Shown one piece after another: positions 49,801 to 62,129 of a stretch of 64,000 nucleotides of DNA; positions within the stretch are counted from its first letter, which is position 1, and each line of letters begins with the position of its first letter. Position numbers and translations under genes: made by a program. Source of the stretch: Gracilinanus agilis (Eukaryota); assembly GCF_016433145.1 (NCBI RefSeq), contig NC_058132.1, positions 610,831,525 through 610,895,524 of the forward strand. Reading direction: 5' to 3'. The notes below the pieces were generated by a model. That model worked only from the letters and a program-made list of their open reading frames with translations. It did no database searches and was not told the DNA's origin.

Positions 49801-51659
49801 AATGGATGCAAGATTGTCAAGTCAGAGGGTGAAAAGGGCTGTGCCTCTTGGGAATATACATTAGGCAAGACCTTCTTCCTCTCCTAGGTCTCTGCTAGCA
49901 ATCACCCTCTAAGCCACTACCACTTAGTTTCTCTAAACAATGTCTAAAGTGTAATGAGTAACTGCTTATTGATTGATTCTATAATAATCAAGAAAAGGTA
50001 ACCTTTATGACGTGGATAGGGACTCAATCTTCTTTCAGGAAGACCTTGATCTAATTCTTCTCTCTGACACATAGGGGCAGTGTGACCCTAGATGAGTCAC
50101 TTACTCTTTGAAGAGCCAACATTCTAATCTTTAAAAAAAATTATTATCCAGCCATTCCTTCTCTTCCCCTCTCCACAGAAGACACCATCCAGCAAAATAT
50201 TACTTGTTTTCACTTCCATTTTCTGGAGGTGAATATTCACATATGAGTTCTTCTAATTATAAATCTGTGGCAACCTTCTAACCTTTAACAGTTGAAGAGC
50301 AGCTGCCAATCTGCCCTAGTAGACAAATTTTTCTCACTAGGATTTTCCTAGACTAAGGAAATCCTGACCAAAACAAGAAAGAAAAGCCATCAAGAACACA
50401 TATGTTAGAAACTTCACAAGAATCTCTTGAAGATCTCTTAAGAATTTTTATGCTTTTAAGACAGTCATTTGCTGATTCAATTTCAACCCCAATGATTTGA
50501 GTGCTCTATGTAAAAGGAACTTTAGACTTGTTTAAAACAAGATGGCAAAGCATTTACCCACTGCTTCCTATGTGTGGTTCCATAATACACTTTTAATAAT
50601 AACCATGATAATTCACATTTGTATATATTACATATAATTATAATAATAATACATGTAACAATTTGGAAAAGTGCTTTACATGTGTTATCTCATTTGATAA
50701 CACTATTACATATGTTTTTCTGAGAAGTAGATTCTCGTGGTAAGTATGTAAAAATGTGTAAATCTCATTATTGGCAAACTAAGTTTTAGCTACTTCAATA
50801 GGAATATCAGGAAACTTTAGGACTGATATACTAGATAGATAACCCTATTATGACATAATCAGAAAGTAGGATTATGATCATTATGCTAAAGGTTTTTCTA
50901 CATATGATAAGATGAAGAGGTCACATACTGAATGTCATTTCTAGGTATATAAACTAGACATCCAACATTTTCATAAGTTTCAAGAAAAAGAGCTTAAATG
51001 ATGAGTGGTTTAATTTGGGATATTTTAATGTAAGAAACAAATGAATTAATAAATAAATTTACATTTAACAAAGTTATATTTTAAAAAGGTAAAGTATGAT
51101 TTTGATGAGACTTTTTTTTAAAAAAAGAATGTTCCATATCAGACAAAATTCACATGTTAGAGATGGAGTTAGAGCTCACAAGCAATTGGTCCAACTCCTC
51201 ATTTCACAGATAGCAGAAATCTGAGACTCAGAGAAGTAACTTCCCCAAGGTCACCCAGTTAGCTAATGGTAAAACTGGGCTAAAATCTAGGTTGTCTTGG
51301 TGTTCTTCATATTACAATTCTTGATTTGAAAAATAAAGTCATCCATTTCAGTTCAAGAAAACAAGTGAGTAAACACTTCTCTTCCATCTCAATAGAGAGG
51401 CAGGATGACTACTATAAAATGCTTCAGTGACAAACTTTACCAACTTAACAATGTTGCCCAGAATTATAACTTCCCCTTTTGTTTACCTTTGTCTACTTTG
51501 TATATATCTTCTATGATTTTGGTTATTTTTAAATTGCCTATGCCATTAAAATGGCAGATCCCTGAGGGCAAGGATCATGTTTTTTGCCTTTATACCTCCA
51601 GTTCTGAACATATAGGAAATGGGGAATAAATCCTTGTTGATGCTCCAGCTGAATCATAA

Positions 51660-52135
51660 AATAGGTGATGCAGTGGGTAAAGACTTAGTCCTGGAATCAG
51701 GAAGATCTGAGTTTAAATCCAGCCTATGACAATAGCTGTGTGACCCTGGACAGCTCAGTCTGCTTCTATCGCCCTCAATTTCTACATGTTTAAATTGGGG
51801 TTATAATGGCATCTACCTTCCAAGGTTGCTATGAGGATCAAATGGGATAATATTTATAAGGCACTTTGCCAACTTGAAATGCTCTATAAATAAATGCTAG
51901 CTATTATGAGTGTAATTGGCATTAACACAGCACTTTATCATTACAAAAGATATTATATACATTATCTCATTTGATCCTTACAATTACCCTATGAGCTAGC
52001 CAGGGCAGATTTTATTATCCCTATTTTGCTACTAAGAAAACAGAGTCAAAGAATTTAAGTAATTTGTCCAAGAGCACAGAGACAAGAGAAATCAGAGATT
52101 TCAACCAAAATCTTTAATTCTAGTACTTTTCCTAT
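51660..52135. mobile_element. Two MIR-type SINEs tail to tail
   Basis: Sense (cctggaatcaggaagatctgagtttaaatcc...taaatgctagctatta), then antisense (attatctcatttgatcctta...). Confidence 0.8.
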
Positions 52136-53146
52136 ATAATCAAAACAATTTAATAATAGAAACAGGAATTATCAATTTGGAATTAATATAGAACCATATC
52201 AGTCAGGACCAGTCTTAAACAAAATCGTGAAATGGGATAAGTGCAGCTTTGTTGTCCCTACACTCTCCGTTTTTTTATCCTTCCCCCTTCCTAGTTATTT
52301 CCTTCTTTCCCATTCCTAGGCAGCCAATGGTCTCAAAGTTCATCTCCTTCCTTCCCCTACCAAATCTTGTTTCAGATCATCCAATCATATTGAGATTGTA
52401 TTAGTGTCCAATCATAGTGTAAATAATTGTCCATCCTGGAGTCTTCTGCAGTTTTGAAAGAATCAAAGCTTTAAGCTTTGTTAATGAATGAAGCTCTAAT
52501 GGTACAGTTCAAGTGGGAGTGGACTGATTGGTTCATTCATTCATTCATGCTTTCATGTATTCACTGTTATCAAGGTCTTTCTAGAATCCCTATAATAGCT
52601 GCATATAAGCTGGTTACCCAACATAAAAGACCAAATTTTGTAAGAGACGTCTAGAGTAAATCCACTAAAGCATAACAGTTCTCCATCCTGTGTGCAATGG
52701 AACCTTTAACGGGAAGAAAATCTGATCTCTCATTATATGTTCTAGGTTAAATTAAATCTAATTCCAATTTGTCATGAAAATGCTATGTATGAACCTGATT
52801 AATTCTTTTGTTAGCCAATTATAAATAAAAAGGCAATGCCATTAATTAAGACCCTGAAAATTTGAATTTCTGACTAGCTAAATAAGGAGATAAAAGTTCC
52901 TTTTTAAAAATTTTTTCATTTTTAGATTACTATTTATCATTTTTAATCTAACAAAAAATTTGAAATTACTGAAAATAAATGTGTGCATTTTGTTTTTGTT
53001 TTTGTTTTTTTTTAGAAAATATGTGGCATGTTTAACCTGCTCAAGAAAACTATTTTCAAACACTTTGAAAAACATTAGGTGTCCTACACTGTTTAGTTGA
53101 GTTGTGAATAATTGTTTTATTTATTCCTTTTAAAAAAACATCCCCA

Positions 53147-54643
53147 GCAAATGACTTGAATATCAAAAAGGAAACTATAAGTAAATTAGGTGAACACAGA
53201 TCTTTGTCAGATCTTTGTCAGATCTTTGGGAAAGGAAAGATTTTAAGAGCAAGCAAAAGTTAGAAAAAATTACAAAATGTAAAATAAATAATTTTGATTA
53301 CATTAAATTAGAAAGGTTTTGTACAAACAAAATTAGTGCAACCAAAATTAAAAGGGAAGCAACAAATTGGGGAAAAAATCTTTATAACAAAAACCTCTAA
53401 AAAAAACCTCTGACAAAGGTCTAATTACTCAAATTTATAAGGAGTTAAATCAATTGCACAAAAAAATCAAGCCATTTCCCAATCAATAAATGAGCAAGGG
53501 ACATGAATAGGCAATTTTCAGATAAGGAAATCAAAACTATCAATAAACACATGAAAAAGTGTTCTAAATCTCTTATAATTAGAGAAATGCAAATCAAAAC
53601 AACTCTGAGGTACCACTTCACATCTAGCAGATTGGCTAAAATGACAGCAAAGGAGAGTAATAAATGTTGGAGGGGATGTGGCAAAATTGGAACACTGATG
53701 CATTGCTGATGGAGTTGTGAATTGATCCAACCATTCTGGATGGAAATTTGGAACTATACCCAAAGAGCACTAAAAGTCTGCCCTTTGATCCGCCCATACC
53801 ACTACTGGGTTTGTACACCAAAGAGATAATAGGGGGAAAGCCTTGTACACAAATATTTATAGCCATCCTTTAGTGGTGGCAAAAAATTGGAAAATGAGGG
53901 GATGCCCTTCAATTGATGAATGGCTGAACAAATTGTGGTATCTGTTGGTGACGGAATACGATTGTGCTCAAAGGAATAATAAACTGTAGGAATTCCATGT
54001 GAACTGGAATGACTTCCAGGAATTGATGGAAAGTAAAAGGAGCAGAGCCAGAAGAACATTGTACAGAGACTGATACTCTGTGGTAAAATCGAATGTAATG
54101 GACTTCTCTACTAGCAGCAATGCAATGATCCAGGACAGTTCTGAGGGACTTGTGAGAAAGAATGCCATCCACTTCCAGAGAAAGAACTGTGGGAGTAGAA
54201 ATACAGATGAAAATCAGCTGCTTGATCACATGGGGATATGATTAGGGTTATTGACTCTAAATGATCATCCTAGTGCAGTGATGGGCAAAGTACAGCCCAC
54301 GGGCCAGATGCAGCTCCCTGAAATGTTCTATCTGGCTGTGAGACATTATTCCTAATCTGACAGATATGATACAATGAAACTTCAAAAAGAGTTGCCTTAG
54401 AAACAGACTAACAGATGAGCATTTCCTTTCCTTTGGCCCCCTCTTTAAAAAGTTTGCCATCACTGCCCTAGTGCAAATATCAATAATATGGAAATGGGTC
54501 TTGATCAATGACACATGTAAAACCCAGTGGAATTGTGCATCAGCTATGAGAGGAAGTTGGGGGAAAGGGAGGGAAAGAACATGAATTATGTAACCATGGA
54601 AAAATATTCTACAATTAAATAAATTTTTCAAAAAAAATTAAAT
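53147..54643 (+). mobile_element. 5'-truncated L1 (ORF2 C-terminus plus 3' UTR) with TSD
   Basis: ORF 53503-53709 ...KCWRGCGKIGTLMHC is the L1 ORF2p cysteine-rich C-terminus; TSD aaaca(t/c)cccca at 53136-53146 and 54644-54654. Confidence 0.92.
54276..54465. mobile_element. hAT-Charlie MITE (OposCharlie-like) nested in the L1 3' UTR
   Basis: TIRs cagtgatgggcaaa and tttgccatcactg; 8-bp TSD tcctagtg (54268-54275) / ccctagtg (54466-54473). Confidence 0.9.
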
Positions 54644-55119
54644 AAACACCCCCATTCCCATGTCCTGAACTTCTTATTTGAGCAAATAGTGAGAGGGAAG
54701 CTATTACATGTAACAAAAAATGAAATTTTCATTTATTTGTCTTAAAATATTTAAATTTAACCTGATCTCTCAAGCAATTATTCCAAATTAGTAAAAATGT
54801 GTTTTGATTTGCTAAGGAAAAGAAATTATTCCTTATAGATAGAACAAAAATACAATAACCAAGGCATACAATCTCAGAATCATAAAGGACCTCAAAGTCT
54901 ACAAAATCCAATTCTTAACAGAACAGAAGCCCTAGATACAATATTACCAGTGAACAGTCATTAACTCATTTGAAGACCTGCTGTGAAAATGTGTATCAAT
55001 ATAAAATTCTATTTTATTCAATTCCTCCTTTATAAAACAAAATTCCCAAAGCTATGCTCTTCTCTTCTGGGGGGGGGGGGGAGGGAGATATTCAAAGCTA
55101 TGAAGAGTCTTTAGCACAA

Positions 55120-55600
55120 ACACTAGAATCAGAAGAGGCCTCAGAGGTCATCTAGACCTATCTATGCATGGCCAAGAATCCCCTCCAGAGTACCCAAGAT
55201 AAGTGATCAGAAAATCTCCTTTAAGACTTCACCAAGGAAAAATTTGAAACCATTTGAGGAATCCTACTTGGTTTTATTATGGCTCTCATTATTTTTGGAC
55301 ATTGAGATTAAATCTTCTGAAAGCCTCTTCAGACTAGTAGTCCTAGTTTCTCTGTCAGGGACCACACAGAACGATTAATTCCTTAATTCCTTTTCCCCAT
55401 AAACCCCTTCTCTTGTCTCCCCCTAAATCTCCTCTTCCTGAAGCAAAACATATCCAGTTTACTCAACTGATTATCATATAAAATGAGCTTCAGTGACTTC
55501 ATAAACTTAGCTGCTTTTCCCTACATCTACTCTTGTTGGTCATTATCCTTCCTGAAATGTGATGCCCAAAATTCACCACAATACTTTGGATATGGACCAC
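55120..55600 (-). mobile_element. L3/CR1 3' fragment
   Basis: agaagaggcctcagaggtcatctag...ctaaatctcctcttcctgaagcaaaacatatccag...ctgaaatgtgatgcccaaaa. Confidence 0.65.
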
Positions 55601-55794
55601 ATCTGACTTTGCTCCTCTAATTCTTATTAAATTTGGGTATTTCTAAGGCTTTGGAAAATTTAAGCATTTTTAAAATCCATGATGAGATTTGGGGGTCAAA
55701 TCTCCTGACAACTAATTTTTTTGAATATTTTATTTTTCTTTTCTCCAACTACATGTAAAAAATAGTTATGTTACTAAGTCTGAATTCCCAAGAG

Positions 55795-56030
55795 ACTTTT
55801 TAAAAATGGAAAGGGGTTTATTACAAAAATAGTTATTGCAGTTCTTTTTGTGGTGACAAGGAATTGGACATTGAAGAGTTTTCCAGCAATTAGGGAATGG
55901 CTGAACAAGTTTTGGTATATTATTTTGATAGAATGTTTTTGTGCTATATGAAATGACAAATGGGATTATTTTTTAAATCTGTAAAGATTTAGATGAACTG
56001 ATGATGCATTTTGACTTGAAATATACATAG
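55795..56030 (+). mobile_element. L1 3' fragment
   Basis: tgcagttctttttgtggtgacaaggaattgg...gggaatggctgaacaagttttggtat. Confidence 0.75.
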
Positions 56031-56122
56031 TGATGTGTCAGGTTTTAGTCTGATAAAATGACAGTAATCTCTAGAGGATTTAGAACTTCTTTTCCCCTTC
56101 CTTTTCTACCCTCTTTCAAGGG

Positions 56123-56128
56123 AATAAT

Positions 56129-56176
<48 letters not shown>

Positions 56177-56410
56177 AACATTTGTAAATTGCCCTCCATG
56201 TGACAAGCACTGTGCTAAATGCCTTATAATTATTATCACATTTGGTCCTCACAACAACCCTGAGAGGTAGGTACTATTATAAGTCCAATTAGCCCCATTT
56301 TACAAATGAAGAAATTGAGGCAAAAGTTAAGTGACTTGCTCAGGGTCACACAGCTAGATTTTTCCTGACTTTGAGTCGAGTTCTCTGTTCCCTGTGCCAT
56401 CCAGCTGCCT
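56123..56410 (-). mobile_element. MIR-type SINE with (AAC)n tail at 56123-56180
   Basis: tttggtcctcacaacaaccctgagagg...ttttacaaatgaagaaattgagg...gtgacttgctcagggtcacacag. Confidence 0.85.
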
Positions 56411-57233
56411 CTAAAACAATTTTACATTAATAAAAAATTTCAACAAAATTCAGATTTCTCACAGAAATTACCTAAAACAGTGGCAAGCCGACAGTCAGAA
56501 TCTGCCTTTTGACAGCAAATTAGATTGTGTGGCAGTCATTATAACACTCTGAGATAACTGAAGGACAAAGAAATGAAGGAAGAGAAGGTGAAGGTATTTC
56601 TCTAAGCATTTTCAGTCCCAAAAGAGGAAGAAAACAATCAATGACATCTTTAATGGACTATCGAGAAGGTCCTAGAGGGGGGAAACAAATAAATCAACTC
56701 TTTCAAGTCCTCAACCTTGGCTGCGGCTGAAATATCTATTCAATCAAAGAGGTTCTTTGATATTTAGGATCCCAAACTTCTTTTCAGAAGATGAGTTCTT
56801 GAGTTTGAATAGTAGTGGCTATACTTTTCATCCTTGAATGAAGGAGAGCAGGAATCGCTTTTTCTTCTTTTAATCTTTTCTATCTATGGCTTTTTTATAG
56901 TACTAAATTTGAAAATAGAAATAATGAAGTGGAGACAATCTACCTTCCTATTTTATTTTCTCATCACAGGCCACTGCTTTCCTGTCTTTTATTTTCTAAT
57001 TAACCCAGAAACATTTTTGTTGAATCAGTCCAAATCCAAGGGTTCAATCTGAGAGATCATGAACATTGCCATTAATTATATGTTCGAGTCTGAGTGAGAT
57101 CCTTAAACATTACCATCTGGTTTAGTATATATTTTTATTTTGAATGTAATGACCTGGCATTATGGTTTACACTGTTTTTTGTCCCATAGCAAGAATTACT
57201 CTTTCAGGGGCTAAATTTTTCATGCTCTCAAGA

Positions 57234-57257
57234 TACACACACACACACACACACACA
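57234..57257. repeat. (CA)n microsatellite
   Basis: Seen directly. Confidence 0.9.
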
Positions 57258-58252
57258 AATCAACACCTGCTCTTTAAAAAAAAAAGGAAATTATTCATCA
57301 GATAGTTTGGTCTAAGTTTTTTGTTAATTCCTTCCAAAATTTCCATCTCCAGTTATAATTCACTCACTTCTCCATAATATACTTTTGATATCAGCTAATA
57401 AATATGTGTGTCCGGGTGTTGATCACTGAGTTTAATTGTGTGAATATGTTTATCAAATCCTAGGGGCTAATTATCGTCAGATTTTTTTTCCTTCTGCACT
57501 AAGGAGTATTTTATAGGAGATAGAATATTAAAAATGTAAAAGCTCTCTTTCTATGCAAAATGGAAATTATGATTTATTCTCCTAAGGTAAGATAGCATAT
57601 GCAGACAGTGTACTGGCAAGAAAAAAGCAAAACAGACTTTAATTGGCTTTCTGGAGTATGCTTGTCAAATTGTTCCTCATAAGGATTTGGTAAAAAAGTA
57701 ATAAGAATAACTGATAATCTTTAGTACTTTATCGTCTGTGTTCTCCTCCCCCAAATCTTGTGAAATAGGAAGAGTATTATATCCATTTTACAGTCAGTCA
57801 ATAAGTATTTATTATGTACCTACTATGCAACTGGAGCTGTGCTAAGAGCTTGGGATACATAAAGACAAAAGACAGATCCTGCCCTTGAGGAGCTCACAGT
57901 TTAATGGGGAAGTGAATATGAAAGTAATTATGTTCAAGCAGAGTATATATAGGATAAATTGAAGGTAACCACAGAGGAAAAACACTAGCATTAAGAGGGA
58001 TCAGGAAAGATTTCTTGTAGAACATGGCATTGAGGATCTGAAAGATTAAGTGAATTGCTAAGGGTCACCCAACTATTGGTGAGGAGAAGTATGAGGTCCT
58101 GAACCTTCCTTATCCAGCTCTGTGAAATACAAAAGGATGCCTGGTTTTGTTGTGGTTTTTTGCTTGTTTGTTTGTTTTTAATGAAAATATGCTTGTAAAA
58201 CTTGATAATGTCTTTTGTATGCCCAATACTTAGCCCAGTGCCTAGCACATAG

Positions 58253-58407
58253 TTTTTTTTTTTTTTTAACCCTTGTACTTCGGTGTATTGTCTCATAGGT
58301 GGTAGATTGGTAAGGGTGGGCAATGGGGGTCAAGTGACTTGCCCAGGGTCACACAGCTGGGAAGTGGCTGAGGCCGGGTTTGAACCTAGGACCTCCTGTC
58401 TCTAGGC
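58253..58407 (-). mobile_element. Young 5'-truncated SINE1_Mdo-type SINE inside an L2 tail
   Basis: Three differences from the 26532 copy over ~140 bp by manual comparison; poly-T end; no clear TSD. Confidence 0.92.
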
Positions 58408-59164
58408 AATTGGTTTTTAATAAATATTTTCTCTTGAAGTTAAGGGAGAAAAGTGAGCTGAAAGCTGTCCTTCTTAGACCATAAAGTTACTATTTCTTTA
58501 TCTCAGAGTATATAAAAGCAACTGACCATCAGGAAGAGGGGACATGAGAGCATATGAGGGACAACAAGAAGTCCTACTGAAATGGAGGTGATTTTGGATT
58601 TTCAAAGGCTGGTCCTACCAAGCTGGAAAGGCTTCATGTACAGATCAGGCATCAAATTGTATGTTCATCTTCCAAGGACACCAAGGTACAATGGAAAAAG
58701 TACTTCATCTGGAGTCACAGGACTTGAGTTCAAATTCTGGCTTTACTATTTACCTGTGTGACCTTGAACAAGTTATTGATCCTCTCTGGTCATCAACTTC
58801 TTAATAAAATGAAGGTTTTTCCTATATCACCTGTAAGGGCTGTTCTTGTTCTAATGCTATAATTCAATAATCTGATGTCTCAAACTCCCTTCTTTGCCTC
58901 TTATTGCTTCTCTAAACCTTAGTTTCCTCATTTGCAAAATAAATGCTTAACAAAGGGTTGGGTATAGAATCAGCTCTTAATAAATGTTGTTTGTTTGATT
59001 GATTGATTAACAAGAGGATTGGACTAGGTGATCTCTAAGGTCCCGGTCAGACCTACATATGATAAAATGACCAAACTAACTACATTTGGAAAAATTCATC
59101 TCAGAAGATGAATATGTTTAGCCTTAAACAGTCACAAATCTTATTCAGGGCTTGGAATCACTAA

Positions 59165-59375
59165 GATTCATCATCATGAGTTCAAATTCAGCCTCAGACA
59201 CTTACTAGCCATGTGGCGGTAGGCAAGTCACAACCATATTTGCCTTAATTCCTCATCTATAAAAACTACCTGGAGAAGGAAATGAAAACCATTCCAGCAA
59301 TTTTGCCAGGAAAACCCCAAATGGAGCCATGAAGAATCAATCAAATACCACTGAAACAACTTAACAACAGTCACA
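59165..59375 (+). mobile_element. MAR1-type SINE with RTE tail
   Basis: gagttcaaattcagcctcagacac...ctggagaaggaaatgaaaaccattccagcaattttgccaggaaaacccc. Confidence 0.85.
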
Positions 59376-60289
59376 AAGGCTGACCGTTTGAGATCCAGAG
59401 GATTTGGAAATAGCATCTAATGGAGGGACTTTTCAAGAAGATGTAATTTCAATCCTTCAAGATAAAGTATTAATAATAATAACAATAACAAAAACAGCAA
59501 CAATACTACTACTAAAAATAAACAGTTATCATTTATTATAGTGTTTCAGCTGTACAAAGCAATTTATGTCATCATATTTGATCCTCATAATAATGTTGTA
59601 AAGTAATTATATTATTATCTTTACTTTATAAATGAGGAAACTAAGCTTAAGTGATGTAGAAGTATTTTATGTACTCTAGTTTTCCCCCTTCCTGATAGTC
59701 TATTGTCTTTATATTTTCTGAGTTTAAAAAATAATGGTAAGAAATCCAATTTTCAGTTCAGCTGTCTCTTTTGGCTTCAAGTCAAATACATAAGTATTTA
59801 TTAAGTACCTACTATGCGCTGGGCACCATGCTAAGTGTTGGGTATACAAAGAAAGACAAAGCAGTCCTTTTCCTCGAGGAATTCATTGTCTAATGGGGGA
59901 AAGAACATTAAAGAGGATTGGAAAAGGCTTCTTGCAGAAGGTGGAATTTAACTTCAAAGATAGTTCCAACTTCCCTCTAAGAGGATTAGACCTATTGTGT
60001 TTTTGTAATAATTAGGGAGATTGGTCTATTAATGCAGCCCCAGACTTGCTGTGTGTGAAATGACAGGCTCATATTTCACTTAATTAGAACTGCTTGCATT
60101 GAGGAAGGCCTCAATGCTGATAGGGAATCCTTCGAGACTGGTGCTAGGGATATGGAATTATGTTAAATTTTTAACAGGAGGGGGTCAGGGAGGCTCAAAC
60201 ATGCCTTATTTTTTCCATTGAGATCCCATTGTTTCCCTATAGTCAAAAGGTTACAGAGAAAAAGATTCTATATACATTAAAATAGTCTT

Positions 60290-61050
60290 AGCATCATTTT
60301 TTCGTGCTAGTGAAAAACTGGAAATAAAATTAATGTCTACAAACAGAGAGAATGGCTAAACAAATCATGACTCAAGGGTGTAATGAAGTGATCATTGGAG
60401 CTCACATATGTTTAGCATTTTAAGTTGAAGATTACTCTTCATATATTATCTCATTTGATCCTCACAGCAATCATGTTGGGGAGGTGTTATGACTATGCCC
60501 ATTTTTCAGATTAGGAAACAGAAGCACAAAGAGATTAATTTATTGATCCAGGCTCACAGTTAATAAGAGGCTGTTGGGATTTGAACTGAGGTCTCTGCTG
60601 ACTTGCAACTGAACATTCAAATCAGTGTGACATTTTGCTACAATACTCTTACAAAAAATGTTGAATACAGAGAAGAATGAGAAGTTATATTTATGAATTG
60701 ATTCAAAGTGAAATAAACAGAATCAGGAAAATAATACTGTCGATGATTACAACAATATAAACAGGAAGAATAGCAAAGAAACTGAAATCTGTATAATTAT
60801 GGACAGACAGCCCCAGAAGGAAAACTGGAAAATGTACCTCCCTTCCCTATGTGCAAAGGTGGAATGATTATGGAATACTGACTATGTTGTGTATTGTTCT
60901 TACTCAGACATGGTGGATGTGATGATTGGTTTTGCTGAACTGCCTTTATTTATCTTTTTTTTTAGTCTTTGTTATAAAGGATAGGTAAGGATGAGATGAG
61001 GGATATGTTTAGAAATTAAAGTAATGCAAAACCAGGAGATATTAAAATAA
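60290..61050 (+). mobile_element. Old L1 3' end interrupted by an antisense MIR (~60410-60625)
   Basis: gaatggctaaacaaatc...|MIR|...aagtgaaataaacagaatcagg. Confidence 0.7.
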
Positions 61051-62129
61051 GATTTTATAAAGTAAGAAAAAACATGGCATTTAGAATGGAAAGGAGAAAA
61101 AAGACTGAAAACTAACACCAGCATTCAGGTGATTAGATAAGATTGTTGCTAAATGTACTATGTTGCATGTCAAGGGACATGAACTGATGCATTATTTCCA
61201 AAATATATAAAAATTAATTCATGCTATAATGAAGCTCAGATGTGCAACATTTCATTTCAATTTAAGCACCTGACAATGTTGATACAATAACCTGGGGCAT
61301 CTTACAGCCCCAAAATAGAAAGGTACATTCATTTTAGACTAAATTCTCGAAGGATCAAGGTCATAGGTATTCAACTTACTTCCAGCATTCAGCAAAATAA
61401 GGAAATAGCCAATATTTGTCTTCTATTATCTAGTCTCTCATATTCGTACCTTCTCCACTTCCCCTTATGGCATTTCTTTTAACCACAAGACAACTATTCC
61501 CTTTCCTCTCATCATCAAAACTTTCTTTGATCAAAATTTGTCTCCTCCCTGGTTGTTATGACTATCTTCTAAACTGGACTTCCAGAGACCATGCTGCCCT
61601 CTTTGGTGAGTTTGTCTTCTTTGTTTGAGGTTTGTTCCTGAGGCTGAGCTGTCCTGATTGATAGGTGAGTGAAAAGTTGACTAACCTATCTATTGATAGG
61701 CACTGCACTGGATTAAAAGCCATGAAGACGTGAGTTCAAATACAACCTCAGACTTTACTGGCTGACTCTTAAATTTTTTTTTTAATTTTTCCCCAATTGG
61801 ATCTAAAAGCAGCTTCCAACATTTTTTCAAAGAATAATGAGTCTCAAATTCTCTCTCTGTCTCCTTTGCCACCCTTGAGATGGTAAGAAATCTCATATAG
61901 ATTTTAAATAATAAATAATAGAAGACAAACTTTGTTTATTTCCTAATTTTCCTGAGAGCTGGACCTGTAGCCCTTACATGAAGTAAATTGAACAACTTGG
62001 TCTTGGTCCTTATATAGATTACCATTTGGGGGCTGTAGAATACTCATTTTCTCATATTAATGCTTTGTGGAAGGAAAATCTATTAAAAATTTAAAAAGTG
62101 AAAAAAATTTGCTTTGCTTTGGATTCAGA

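Noticed and set aside
50686-50707. 8-bp hairpin gtgttatc-tcattt-gataacac
   Set aside because: Short, AT-rich, within a MIR remnant; compatible with chance.
53197-53412. Short tandem duplications (agatctttgtc; aaaaacctct) resembling a repeat array
   Set aside because: Slippage duplications inside L1; no spacers.
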